Assembly: GCA_951406725.2 (NCBI GenBank)
Contig: OX597824.1
Span: 89,590,001 to 89,654,000, forward strand
Direction: 5' to 3'
Length of the DNA stretch: 64,000 nt
DNA from: Octopus vulgaris
Lineage: Eukaryota
The translations under genes were made by a program, and so were the position numbers. The notes under the pieces are model-generated. The model worked only from the letters and a program-made list of their open reading frames with translations, was not told the origin of the DNA and searched no databases. Shown piece by piece: positions 52,470-64,000 of this stretch (the stretch's first letter is position 1; each line of letters starts with the position of its first letter).

Positions 52470-55400
52470 GTAAGTTATTCAGGCTTTTGCTTTTTTCTTT
52501 TTTTTTTTTTGTTATTTGTTTTAGTCATTTGACTGCGGCCATGCTGGAGCACCGGTTTTAGTCGAACGAATCGACACCCCCCCCCACACCAGGACTTATT
52601 CTTTTGTAAGCCTAGTTCTTTATTCTATCGGTTCTCTTTTGGCGAACCGCTAGGTTACGGGAACGTAGACACGCCAACATCGGTTGTCAAGCGATGGTGG
52701 GGGAAAAACACAGACACAAACAAAATTTTTGGTCGAATGAATCGACCCAAGTGCATTTTTTCGCTTGTATTTTTTTAAAGCCTGATACTAACACTATCGG
52801 TTATTTTTGCTGAACCGCTATGTTACGGCAAAAGATACAAAGACGCGCGTGCGCGTATATACACACACATATACGGAAATATATATTATTTGCATATATA
52901 CATAGACACACATATACATAAAATAAAGAGAGAGAGAGAGACAGATGGAGTGTGTGTCAACAATGGGACTCTTATGCGGTCCTTGGAACTCCTTGAAATA
53001 GAAGTAAGATTTCTTCCAAACAAAAAAAAAAAAGAAAAGGAAAACTGAAAAATACTTCACAGAAAAAAAATCTAAATAAAACAGAGAAAAAGAAAGCTAA
53101 ATGAGAGAAAATTCCCAGGAAACCATAATTCATTGACAAATTTACTGTTTTTGTTACATTTGTAAAACCCGGAACAAAACCTGATTGTTTCAGCTCCCAC
53201 CCCCACCCATACGTGAAAAATAATTTCCTTTCTACAAAAACATTACACACACATATACACACACATCATGTGTGTATAAGTCACGTGTTGTCAGTTAATA
53301 TGCGACTTAGTTTTCCATGCTTATTGCGCAGATATGGCTCTGCTGTTTAGAAGTCCGCTTTCTAACCATGCGGCTTTGGTTTCAGTCCCATTGCGCAGAC
53401 CCTTGGGCAAATGTTTTATTTATTTACTTTTAGCAATCGCCCAGGGATTACCTACCAACTAATGCTTTATGAGAGAATTTGGCAGACGGAAACTGAAAAC
53501 AGGCGCATGTGTGTGTTTGTGTGTGTGTGTATCAAAAAGGATGAAAGCCATATTTTCATTAGGCCAGTTTCCCTGGATCCTTTGACTCAGTGGTTCTTAA
53601 CCTTATTATTTTTGTTCCTACTCGAGCCATGCCTGGCTTATAAGGGCCGGTTTCCCGGTTTCCCGGTTTCCTTGGCGTATAGGTTCCCCACCTGGACGGG
53701 ACGCCGGTCCGTCGCAGGTGAACTGCAAGATGCAGGAGGAAAGAGTGAGAGAAAGTTGTGGCGAAAGAGTCAGCAGAAGTTCGCCATTACCTTCTGCCGC
53801 AGCTGCGTGGAGCTTAGATGTTTCGCTCATAAACACACACATCGTCCGATCTGAGATTCGAACCCGTGATCCCTCGACCGCGAGTCCGCTGCTCTAACCA
53901 CTAGGCCATGTGCCTCCACTCTTAACCTTATTGGAGGTACTGAACCCTGCAAGTTTCATCAAGGCGTTCACCGAAACCCTTCGTAATTGGAAAAAATTGG
54001 AAAAATAAAATATTTTTATTAGTGTACAAAATGAACCATACATCAGTTGCACACAGAATTATGGATGGAAGCACTCCGTCGGTTACGACGACGAGGGTTC
54101 CGGTTGATCCGATCAACGGAACAGCCTGCTCGTGAAATTAACGTGTAAGTGGCTGAGCGCTCCACAGACACGTGTACCCTTAACGTAGTTCTCGGGTATA
54201 TTCAGCGTGACACAGAGAGTGACAAGGCCGGCCCTTTCAAATACAGGTACAACAGAAGCAGGAAGTAAGCGTGAGAGAAATTTGTGGTGAAAGAGTACAG
54301 CAGGGATCACCACCATCCCTGCCGGAGCATCGTGGAGCTTTAGGTGTTTTCACTCTATAAACACTCACAACGCCCGGTCTGGGAATCGAAACCGCGATCC
54401 TATGACCGCGAGTCCGCTGCCCTAACCACTGGGCCATTGCGCCTCCACACACAGAATTATAGTGTTCTGAGAACAAAACCAACAAAACCTGAATTTTACA
54501 AAAAAATATAACTCAATGAATATTTACTGCAAATAAATATGACTTTTGCTGTTGCCTTTTAGATACGAGTTCAGAAATGCGCGGCTTTCCCTTGGCGAGT
54601 GTCACTCTCATATGATTTTTGCAACAAAGTCTGTTCCTTTTCTTAGTTTTTTCATGTCTACCTTCCTCGAAAAGGATTGCTCTCAAAGCTACGTTGTAAC
54701 AAATGGTGTGAGTACCTCAAGGGCTTTCTTAGCAATAAGAGGGTGTGGTACGATTTGGTGACCCCCAAAACGTTGAGACTGTTGTTGTTCTGAAGAGTTG
54801 CTGTTGAAGCTAGCTCTGCCGAAGTTCAATACTTTCTATTTCTTTATTGCCCACAAGGGGCTAAACACAGAGGGGACAAACAAGGACAGGCAAAGGGATT
54901 AAGTCGATTATATCGACCCCAGTGCGTAACTGGTACTTATTTAATCGACCCCGAAAGGATGAAAGGCAAAGTCGACCTCGGCGAGATTTGAACTCAGAAC
55001 GTAGCGGCACGCGAAATACCTATTTCTTTACTGCCCACAAGGGGCTAAACACGGAGAGGACAAACAAGGACAGACAAAGGGATTAAGTCGATTATATCGA
55101 TCCCAGTGCGTAGCTGGTACTTATTTAATCGACCCCGAAAGGATGAAAGGCAAAGTCGATCTTGGCATAATTTGAACTTAGAACGTAGCAGCAGACGAAA
55201 TACCGCTAAGCATTTCGCCCGGCGATGCTAACGATTCTGCCAGCTCACCAGAAGAAATACCGCTAAGCATTTCGCCCGGCGTTGCTAACGATTCTGCCAG
55301 CTCACCAGAAGAAATACCGCTAAGCATTTCGCCCGGCGTTGCTAACGATTCTGCCAGCTCACCAGAAGAAATACCGCTAAGCATTTCGCCCGGCGTTGCT

Positions 55401-56683
55401 AACGATTCTGCCAGCTCAGCGCCGTAAGTTCAATGATTTCGTTGAGGTATCCATTGCTGACATCTGCTGTCGCAACACTAAACGTAAATGGCGGTCTCAT
55501 CCATATTGGATGTGACCCTCTGGTGGGAAAGTATCCGTCGAGAGATTTTGCGAGCTCATCTAAGTGCATGGCAGTTACTTCCTTCAACTCCCCAGGTACA
55601 GAAATGTCACCAATTCCAGACATTCTTTCGATCTTACTTACACAGTCGTCCAGCAGAGAAAAGTTTGTGAAGCTATTAGTCTCTGTTCGTTGTTTCCATA
55701 AAACTAGCTTTTTTTAAAAAAAAAACGCCTTCAGGTTTTCTTCCACTTCGATGATGTTGACGCCACCGCCCTGCATCTGTAAACTGAGATGATTGAAAGC
55801 ATCGGAAATATCGACTATGTACACCAAAATGAGAAAGAACTCAAAATATTTGGAACACTCTGATGAAGGAGCAAGAATTCCCGAAATATGCATATACACT
55901 CTCTTTACTCTCTTTTACTCTTTTACTTGTTTCAGTCATTTGACTGCGGCCATGCTGGAGCACCGCCTTTAGTCGAGCAAATCGACCCCAGGACTTATTT
56001 TTTGTAAGCCTAGTACTTATTCTATCGGTTCTCCTTTGTCTAACCGCTAAGTGACGGGGACATAAACACACCAGCATCGGTTGTCAAGCGATGTTGGGTG
56101 GGTGGGACAAACACAGACGCACAAACATATACACACACATACATATATATATACATATATACGACGGGCTTCTTTCAGTTTCCGTCTACCAAATCCACTC
56201 ACAAGGCTTTGGTCGGCCCCAGGCTATAGTAGAAGACACTTGTCCAAGGTGCCACGCAGTGGGATGAAACTCAGAATCATGTGGTTGGTAAGCAAGCTAC
56301 TTACCACACAGCCACTCCCGTGCCTATAATCTATTTTTCTATCTAGTATCGCATTGCTTATATAAACGTATTCGTGTACGTGACGTCGTAACTTTCATTG
56401 CTGACTCTAATTTCTATTAAAAAAATCCGTAGAAATAACTTTTAAAAGTGAAATATTAATGAATCTGCGTTTTTAATTTCAGAATCGGAGCTTGGTACCG
56501 TCAGCGATGTCCGCGTCTCAAAATGCGACAGTGCACCGTGTATTTTACCCAGGGGTGGACAAGTAACTATTGAAGTCGACTTTACTCTTAGTAGGTTCTC
56601 TCTGATTGTTTCTGCTTCATTATCCATGTTGAATCGTTGTTGTTTAATGTAGCAGCTGTTATTGTTGTTGTTTTTGTTGTTGA

Positions 56684-56738
<55 letters not shown>

Positions 56739-57812
56739 GGTGGTAGTGGCGACCCCTTGTCTCCTTCATTCTTGAATATGCCGTGCTAAAGAATCAGGGA
56801 ACTGCACCGTAAGATATCACTCATCGCCACATTGTAGTGTTGATGTATATGATCGTGATGGTGATGGTAATGATGGTAGTAATAGTAGTGGTGGTGGTGG
56901 TGGTGGTTCTTGTTTGGCCGCATCGAATACCTATCACTCGAAGACATTCCAACCATGACCTTACTTCAGTATTTTCCAGCGGGAAATACATGTTTCTTTA
57001 TTACCAACAAGGGGCTAAACATAGAGGGGACAAACAAGGACAAACAAACGGATTAAGTCGATTACATCGACCCCAGTGCGTAACTGGCACTTAATTTATC
57101 GACCTCGAAAGGATGAAAGGCAAAGGCGACCTCGGCGGAATTTGAACTCAGAACGTAGCGACAGACGAAATACTGCTGAGCATTTCGCCCAGCGTGCTAA
57201 CGTTTCTGCCAGCTTGGCGCCTTTCCAGCAGGAAATACCAAAATTTTGTTCTGGTTGCTTTTGGAAATTCAAATTTAAATCCCATTCTATTACAAACAAA
57301 CGACATAGAGAGGAACCCTGGTCGATTCAATTTATCGTAGAAGGGGCCACAGAACTTATAAAAACCATTGTAAATGATGTTATTCGAAGCCTATATTGTT
57401 TTGTATGTTCTTGGGTCAATGTCTGTTTTTTCGTTTTAAGACGGTAGCGCTGTGCTTATGAGGTGAATTTACTATTATGTCTTGGAAATATTGAAGAATT
57501 TACATTTCTGAAATACGCTGTTGAATTTTCATAAAGTTAAGAAATTATTCTGCTATTTTGGTTCTAGGTGCTGAAGTCAAAACCGCTCGAGACAGTGTCT
57601 TTGGAATCGTCAGCGGCATGCACTTGCCCTTCCCAACAACAAGCCCTAATGCCTGCTCCGGTAAGGGTCTCACTTGTCCTCTGAAACAAGGTGTTAAGTA
57701 CACCTACAAGTCGGTCATTCCTATCTCTTCAATTTTCCCTAAGGTAAGAATCAAAAATGTTCTCTTTTTGTTTTTGTGTTTTCTTTTAGACAAATAGAGA
57801 GAGGAAGGGAGA

Positions 57813-57869
<57 letters not shown>

Positions 57870-59298
57870 AGAGACAGACAGAAATAGAAAGTGTGTGTGT
57901 GTGTGTGTGTGCGCGCGCGCGCACGTGTATGCTATCAACACATACGCGCGGACACTCATATGTCTCGATTTGTTTGACTACTTTTTTAATTGTGTAGACA
58001 GAGCAGAGAAGACAGCACCCGAGGCCCGTTTTGGGGACATGCACAGCAGCCGAGACTAGTGGAGGATGATCGACTTGACCCGAATACTTGCAAGATTCCG
58101 TTAAAAAGCAGACAGGGGTTTCGTTGGGGTGGTTTTAAATCAGATAACTGCAAATAAAAGTTTGCGAGGTAAAAAAAACCCCAAAAAAACTCGAGTTTTT
58201 GGATACGAATTTTAGGGTACTGATGCTACTGGGTAAGAAAGAATGAGTGTAAGTGACCAGTAAGGATTCTGGTAACAGTGGAAGACACAATAAGGGTGAG
58301 ATGAGGAAGGAAGATGCGTGAATCGAGTGGACCACATCTGAAATCAACCAGTTTTGGGGACCAGAAGCCACTCTAATCACGGTAGAAAAGACAGCATTGA
58401 AACAGACGACACGCTTTTGTGTCAGCGAGAGACTTTATGCCAACCAAGTGGTTGGTATTTTTATACGGTTTACTAGCAGCATAACCCGGCGTTGCCCGGG
58501 TATGTAAGAGCCCCTAGTAGGCAACGACTAATCCCAATCTAGTCCTTTCCCTCTAGGGAACGAAGGCGCATGTGTAGGTTGCAATGTCTTCTCTTCACTC
58601 GAATACTTCTGTGTATACGATGTTCCTAGCTGTCCCTTTGGGCGATAAAAAGGTCGAGTTGTGTCCCCTAGACAGAAAATGTGTTGCATATAAAAAGCTT
58701 AGATTCTCGACCCCATGTCGAATTTATCGATTACTTTCAGAACTGGGAGAACTTTTCAAAATTTTCGCTGCGTTAGTTTTGAATTATGACATTGGGCTAT
58801 GTGTGTGTCAAGTTTCATCAGAATCGGTTGAAAGCCGTGGTCAGGGTGAGGGTACAACCTGACAGACACACAGACACACAGACAGACAAACTGCCGTTTA
58901 TATAGAGAGAGATGATGTCTTAGCACGTAACAGCAGCAACAACAATATCTTAGATGCGAGAGCAGTATTGTATGGGGAGAATCACATGCGCTTTCTTATG
59001 GGGTTACTAGCTGTTGGAGCTTTCTTTTTATCCGGCTAATCTGTCTAGTCTGCCGTTACTTTTTTAAATCCTTTTGCATAGGTCATGTAAGTGGAAAAGT
59101 ATTTGTATGCAAGATTTTTCTCAGATTTAAAATGTGACGTTTTTTTCATTCAAAATTTCTCCTAACCGGTGCTTTTAACCATAACGAAATAATTGCTTTT
59201 TTTTCCCTCTTTGACAGCTACAACTGGTAGTGGAATGGAACGTCGTGGAGGGTACCAAGAAACTGTTCTGTGTGAAAATCCCTGCTCTTCTGCAATAA
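52388..59298 (+). CDS. NPC2: NPC2-like ML-domain protein, paralog B; exons 52388-52469, 56483-56590, 57568-57743, 59218-59298; 148 aa
   Basis: The spliced ORF with GT-AG introns (phases 1,1,0) reads MNNSLHFIPLFLFAFAVVVGASPYQACQSELGTVSDVRVSKCDSAPCILPRGGQVTIEVDFTLSAEVKTARDSVFGIVSGMHLPFPTTSPNACSGKGLTCPLKQGVKYTYKSVIPISSIFPKLQLVVEWNVVEGTKKLFCVKIPALLQ*. It has a signal peptide, Cys 27,42,47,93,100,140 and an LVVEW motif. Confidence 0.95.
53608..53919 (-). mobile_element. SINE C-related variant with 13-bp TSD
   Basis: TCTTAACCTTATT at 53595 and 53920. Confidence 0.85.
54067..54448 (-). mobile_element. SINE C with TSD (CACACAGAATTAT)
   Basis: Family C sequence. Confidence 0.85.
54835..55418 (-). 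mobile_element. SINE B dimer with 57-bp head repeated x4
   Basis: Two bodies plus tandem GAAATACCGCTAAGCATTTCGCCCGGCG... units. Confidence 0.85.
55900..56324 (-). mobile_element. SINE A
   Basis: Family A sequence. Confidence 0.85.
56483..56590 (+). CDS. NPC2: NPC2-B exon 2
   Basis: tttcag|AA...CTT A|gtaggt; 108 nt. Confidence 0.94.
56992..57220 (-). mobile_element. SINE B with TSD (TTTCCAGCRGGAAATAC)
   Basis: Family B; duplication at ~56973 and ~57222. Confidence 0.8.
57568..57743 (+). CDS. NPC2: NPC2-B exon 3
   Basis: ttctag|GT...AAG|gtaaga; 176 nt. Confidence 0.96.
58473..58912 (-). mobile_element. Non-autonomous Helitron in NPC2-B intron 3
   Basis: Reverse complement A|TCTCTC...CCCGGGCAACGCCGGG hairpin...CTAG|T. 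Confidence 0.8.
59218..59298 (+). CDS. NPC2: NPC2-B exon 4 (coding part)
   Basis: Polypyrimidine tract-gacag|CTA; LQLVVEWNVVEGTKKLFCVKIPALLQ*. Confidence 0.94.
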   Translation, partial: LQLVVEWNVVEGTKKLFCVKIPALLQ

Positions 59299-60180
59299 AA
59301 CTGCACCCGTTACCATTCGTGGTAGGGAAAGAGTCATGCCAAGAATAAGGGACCTCAGTCGTTAACTCGTATGTGTGTGTGAGTAATTATATGTGTGTGA
59401 GTGTGTGAGTTCATTATGTGTACTAAATGTATGCGTGTGAGCTGTTATGCATATGTACATACATGCACACACTTGTATACATATGTAGGTGAATACAAGC
59501 AAATGCACATTCAACTATATGTATGCATGTATGTATAAATGTGTGCGTGTAAGTGTTTGTGTGTGTGTGTAAGTGTTTGTGTGTGTGTTTGCGTGTATGT
59601 GTGTGTGTGTGTGTATATACGCACACACACATCCACACACCCACAAGTAAGCACAGAAATGCAAAACAAGTTTGAAAAAAATAGTACTCGAATACTGAAG
59701 GCAGAGCAACATGCTTTTTTTGTTAAAACTGCAAAAATTTCATAAAAAAGCTGCTACTCAGAGTTTCACGTTCCCGTTTATCGGGCTGTTGTGATACTGT
59801 ATCACAAATGCCCGACGAACGGGAACGTGAAATTTTGAGTAAAATGTATATATGTGTATATGTTTCGATGTGGGCACATGAAAATCTATAATTACGCTTA
59901 TGTATACTTAATACGTAAGTGATGCGCACTTAAATCTAGCTACATTTAATGTATGCAAATATATGCAGGATTTTTGAGCAGCATCAGCAACATAGTGGAA
60001 AGTCAGTATAACAATAATTGAAAACCAAGACAATGTGAAAATGTTATAATTCTGCGGCCATCGATAAAATAGCCACTGTTTACAAACAACATATATTGTT
60101 CCGACACTTTACAACGCATACATAATGATGTATGTATGTGTGTGTATGCGTATCGGTATATATATGTATGTGTGTATATA

Positions 60181-60227
<47 letters not shown>

Positions 60228-60309
60228 CTGAAATTTACAAAAAAGCAAAAGACAGGTATGTAAACAACAAACAAATGTATTATTTTAACGCTCAGGAAAG
60301 TGAGAAAGT

Positions 60310-60345
60310 CTTTTACGTTTCGAGCCTACGCTCTTCGACAGAAAG
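60310..60345 (-). ncRNA. Minimal hammerhead-like variant (CTGTCGA core); sister copies at 20118-20153 and 17311-17347
   Basis: Reverse complement: cttt CTGTCGA a GAGC-GTAG-GCTC GAAAC GTA aaag. Confidence 0.5.
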
Positions 60346-60385
60346 GGACACAAAAATAAACAGGGAGAGAAAACATGTATGTATG

Positions 60386-60492
<107 letters not shown>

Positions 60493-60673
60493 TCATGCAT
60501 ATATTGTTATGTATGTATTGTATACGGGCAAATGTGTGTGCGGTGTATAAAAGTTTGTAAGTAAAATTTACTTTTTGTAAAAAATAAAGATATTTGAAGA
60601 TAAACTGTTTTTCTTGTTATTACTGTAAGAAAGAAAGAAAGATAGAAAGAAAGAAAAAAAAGATAGGAAGGAA

Positions 60674-60727
<54 letters not shown>

Positions 60728-60794
60728 CCACATGCTTTACTTTTCTTATTCGGAATTTGCAAATCCGGTGGCTTCGATGATCCCGCGAAGGTAC

Positions 60795-61680
<886 letters not shown>

Positions 61681-61912
61681 ATACAGTTGTTTCATTTCAC
61701 AAACAAAACTGAAATTACAAAACATATATATAAATATATAATTTTGCATTTTAAAATACCCTGGATGGAAGCTCATCAGGGTGTACAAGGGACAATAAGG
61801 ATTACATTAGGATACGTTTAGGTTCCTCAGAATGTATAGTCGTCTTTATTTCGTGTGTATGTATACTTGTGTGTGTACGCATGCGTTAAAATTATTCTTT
61901 TTATTTCAATTC

Positions 61913-62000
<88 letters not shown>

Positions 62001-62304
62001 GCAAAAGGGCTGATTGCTACCTAACTCAGATACCAGGAAACTCCAAAATGGCAGAAATTCAAAAGATAGTGCTCATGGGAACTGCTCATATCCTACGCAA
62101 AATACTTTCTATGTAATCTCAAGGCTTAAAACAAACATAATTTTTTTTTTAGACATCCACTAGTACAACACCAAAAAAAAAAACAACCAAATATATGGCA
62201 CACTAGGCATAACAACAACGTGAGCTTCTAACTTGTTGTCTCTTGAGGTCTCTGGATGAGACTTGGAGCCAACTTGTACAAATGTAAAGCAAAAGTCAAA
62301 CATA

Positions 62305-62305
<1 letters not shown>
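62001..62305 (+). mobile_element. 5'-truncated R4/Dong-like non-LTR retrotransposon inserted in (TAA)n
   Basis: EIQKIVLMGTAHILRKILSM* C-terminus plus 3'UTR; (TAA)n on both sides. Confidence 0.75.
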
Positions 62306-62373
<68 letters not shown>

Positions 62374-62499
62374 ATGATGGGGGGTAAAATATTATAATGG
62401 CTACAAGAAAGTGAAAGTGAAATAAAATTAATGTTTGTACGCACGTGTGTGTATATGTGCGTATATGTAAGTATATACGTATATATTCTTTTTTCTTTT

Positions 62500-62883
62500 T
62501 ATTTTTACTTGTTTCAGCCATTTGACTGCGGCCATGCTGGAGCACCACCTTTAGTCGAGCAAATCGCCCCCCCACAAGACTTATTCTTTGTTAGAACAGT
62601 ACTTATTCTATCGGTTTCTTTTGCCGAATCAGTAATTTACGGCGACGTAAACACACCAGCATCGGTTGTCAAACGATGTTGGGAAGACAAAAACAGACAC
62701 ACAAACATACACACACACATACATATATACATATATACAACGGGATTCTTTCAGTTTCCGTCTACCAACTCCGCTCACAAGACTTTGATCGGGCCGAGGC
62801 TATAGCAGAAGACACTTGCCCAAGGTGCTACGCAGTGAAACTGAACCCGGAACCATGTGGTTAGTAAGGAAGCTACCTACCAC
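62500..62883 (-). mobile_element. SINE A
   Basis: Family A sequence. Confidence 0.8.
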
Positions 62884-62987
62884 ATGTAACAATTGTAGGT
62901 GAATATGTTGACTAATTAATAAATTAATTTGTATCCATTGGATCTCTCTATTTTCTAATTCGATAATATATTTATTTGTGCTCCAGA

Positions 62988-63592
62988 AGGCGGCGAGCTA
63001 GAAGAAACCTTCGCGCCGCGCCGGACGAAATGCTTAGCGGTATTTTGTCTGCCGTTACGTTCTGAGTTCAAATTCCGCCGAGGTCGACTTTGCCTTTCAT
63101 CCTTTCGAGGTCGATTAAATAAGTACCAGTTACGCACTGGGGTCGATATAATCGACTTAATCCGTTTGTCTGTCCTTGTTTGTCCCCTCTATGTTTAGCC
63201 CCTTGTGGGTAGTAAAGAAATAGGTATTTCGTCTGCCGTTATGTTCTGAGTTCAAATTCCGCCGAGGTCGACTTTGCCTTTCATCCTTTCGGGAGTCGAT
63301 AAATTAAGTACCAGTTATGCATTTGGGTCGATATAATCGACTTAATCCCTTTGTCCGTCCTTGTTTGTCCCCTCTATGTTTAGCCCCTTGTGGGTAATAA
63401 AGAAATAGGTATTTCGTCTGCCGTTACATTCTGAGTTCAAATTCCGCCGAGGTCGACTTTGCCTTTCATCCTTTCGGAGTCGATTAAATAAGTACCAGTT
63501 AGGCACTGGGGTCGATATAATCGACTTAATCCCTTTGTCTGTCCTTGTTTGTCCTCTCTATGTTTAGCCCCTTGTGGGTAGTAAAGAAATAG
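62988..63592 (+). mobile_element. SINE B trimer with TSD (ATATTTATTTGTGCTCCAG)
   Basis: One full head plus two headless ~185-bp units; the flanking duplication encloses the whole trimer. Confidence 0.85.
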
Positions 63593-63856
63593 ATATATTT
63601 ATTTGTGCTCCAGTATGGCCCCCCAACCTTTGGCTGAAACCAGTAAAACTAGAACGATAAAAGATATTTGTGTATATGTGTACATGTTAATCTAAGCTAG
63701 GATACAAACGTGCGTTTTGTTTCTTTATTGCATTTCCCGTTACGTGCATGTGTAAGTCAATAAGATCTTTGTATTCGAGTTTGAGTGGACGACGAACAAA
63801 GCACTTTAAAAGATTTATGTTCGTTCGTGTTTTCCTGTTTGTCTGTGTGTATATGA

Positions 63857-63939
<83 letters not shown>

Positions 63940-64000
63940 GAGATAATGTGGAGAGATGCAAAGACTCGGTGTAGAGTTTCTTCCGCCCGCAACACTATAA

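Larger units (their letters stand above)
53588..55895 (-). mobile_element. hAT (Buster/Charlie-like) transposon remnant in NPC2-B intron 1 carrying nested SINEs
   Basis: CAGTGGTTCTTAACC TIR; LVYIVDISDAFNHLSLQMQG, HLDELAKSLDGYFP and PLIAKKALEVLTPFVTT (hATC-like) segments. Confidence 0.75.

Noticed and set aside
55197-55418. Regular repeats resembling a CRISPR array
   Set aside because: There are no unique spacers, the unit is a SINE head, and the context is eukaryotic with no cas genes

Overview
AT-rich eukaryotic genomic DNA crowded with microsatellites and transposable elements. The SINE families and (TA)n/(CA)n/(TACA)n density suggest an octopus or other coleoid cephalopod (inference, no search run). 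Nearly all ORFs in the supplied track are microsatellite or SINE artefacts. I reconstruct two intact 4-exon NPC2/ML-domain genes arranged head-to-head: NPC2-A on the minus strand (22827->12143, 150 aa) and NPC2-B on the plus strand (52388->59298, 148 aa). The rest is tRNA-derived SINEs of at least four families, Penelope-like (PLE) remnants, Tc1/mariner, hAT, Helitron, R4/Dong, CR1-like and RTE-like fragments. The most notable non-coding signal is more than a dozen type I hammerhead ribozyme motifs of several architectures, many inside PLE-type inverted repeats. There is also a TIR element with a 9-bp TSD inserted twice into SINE tRNA heads, and a SINE that forms head-to-tail multimers with an identical junction at three loci. 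Repeat boundaries are approximate.
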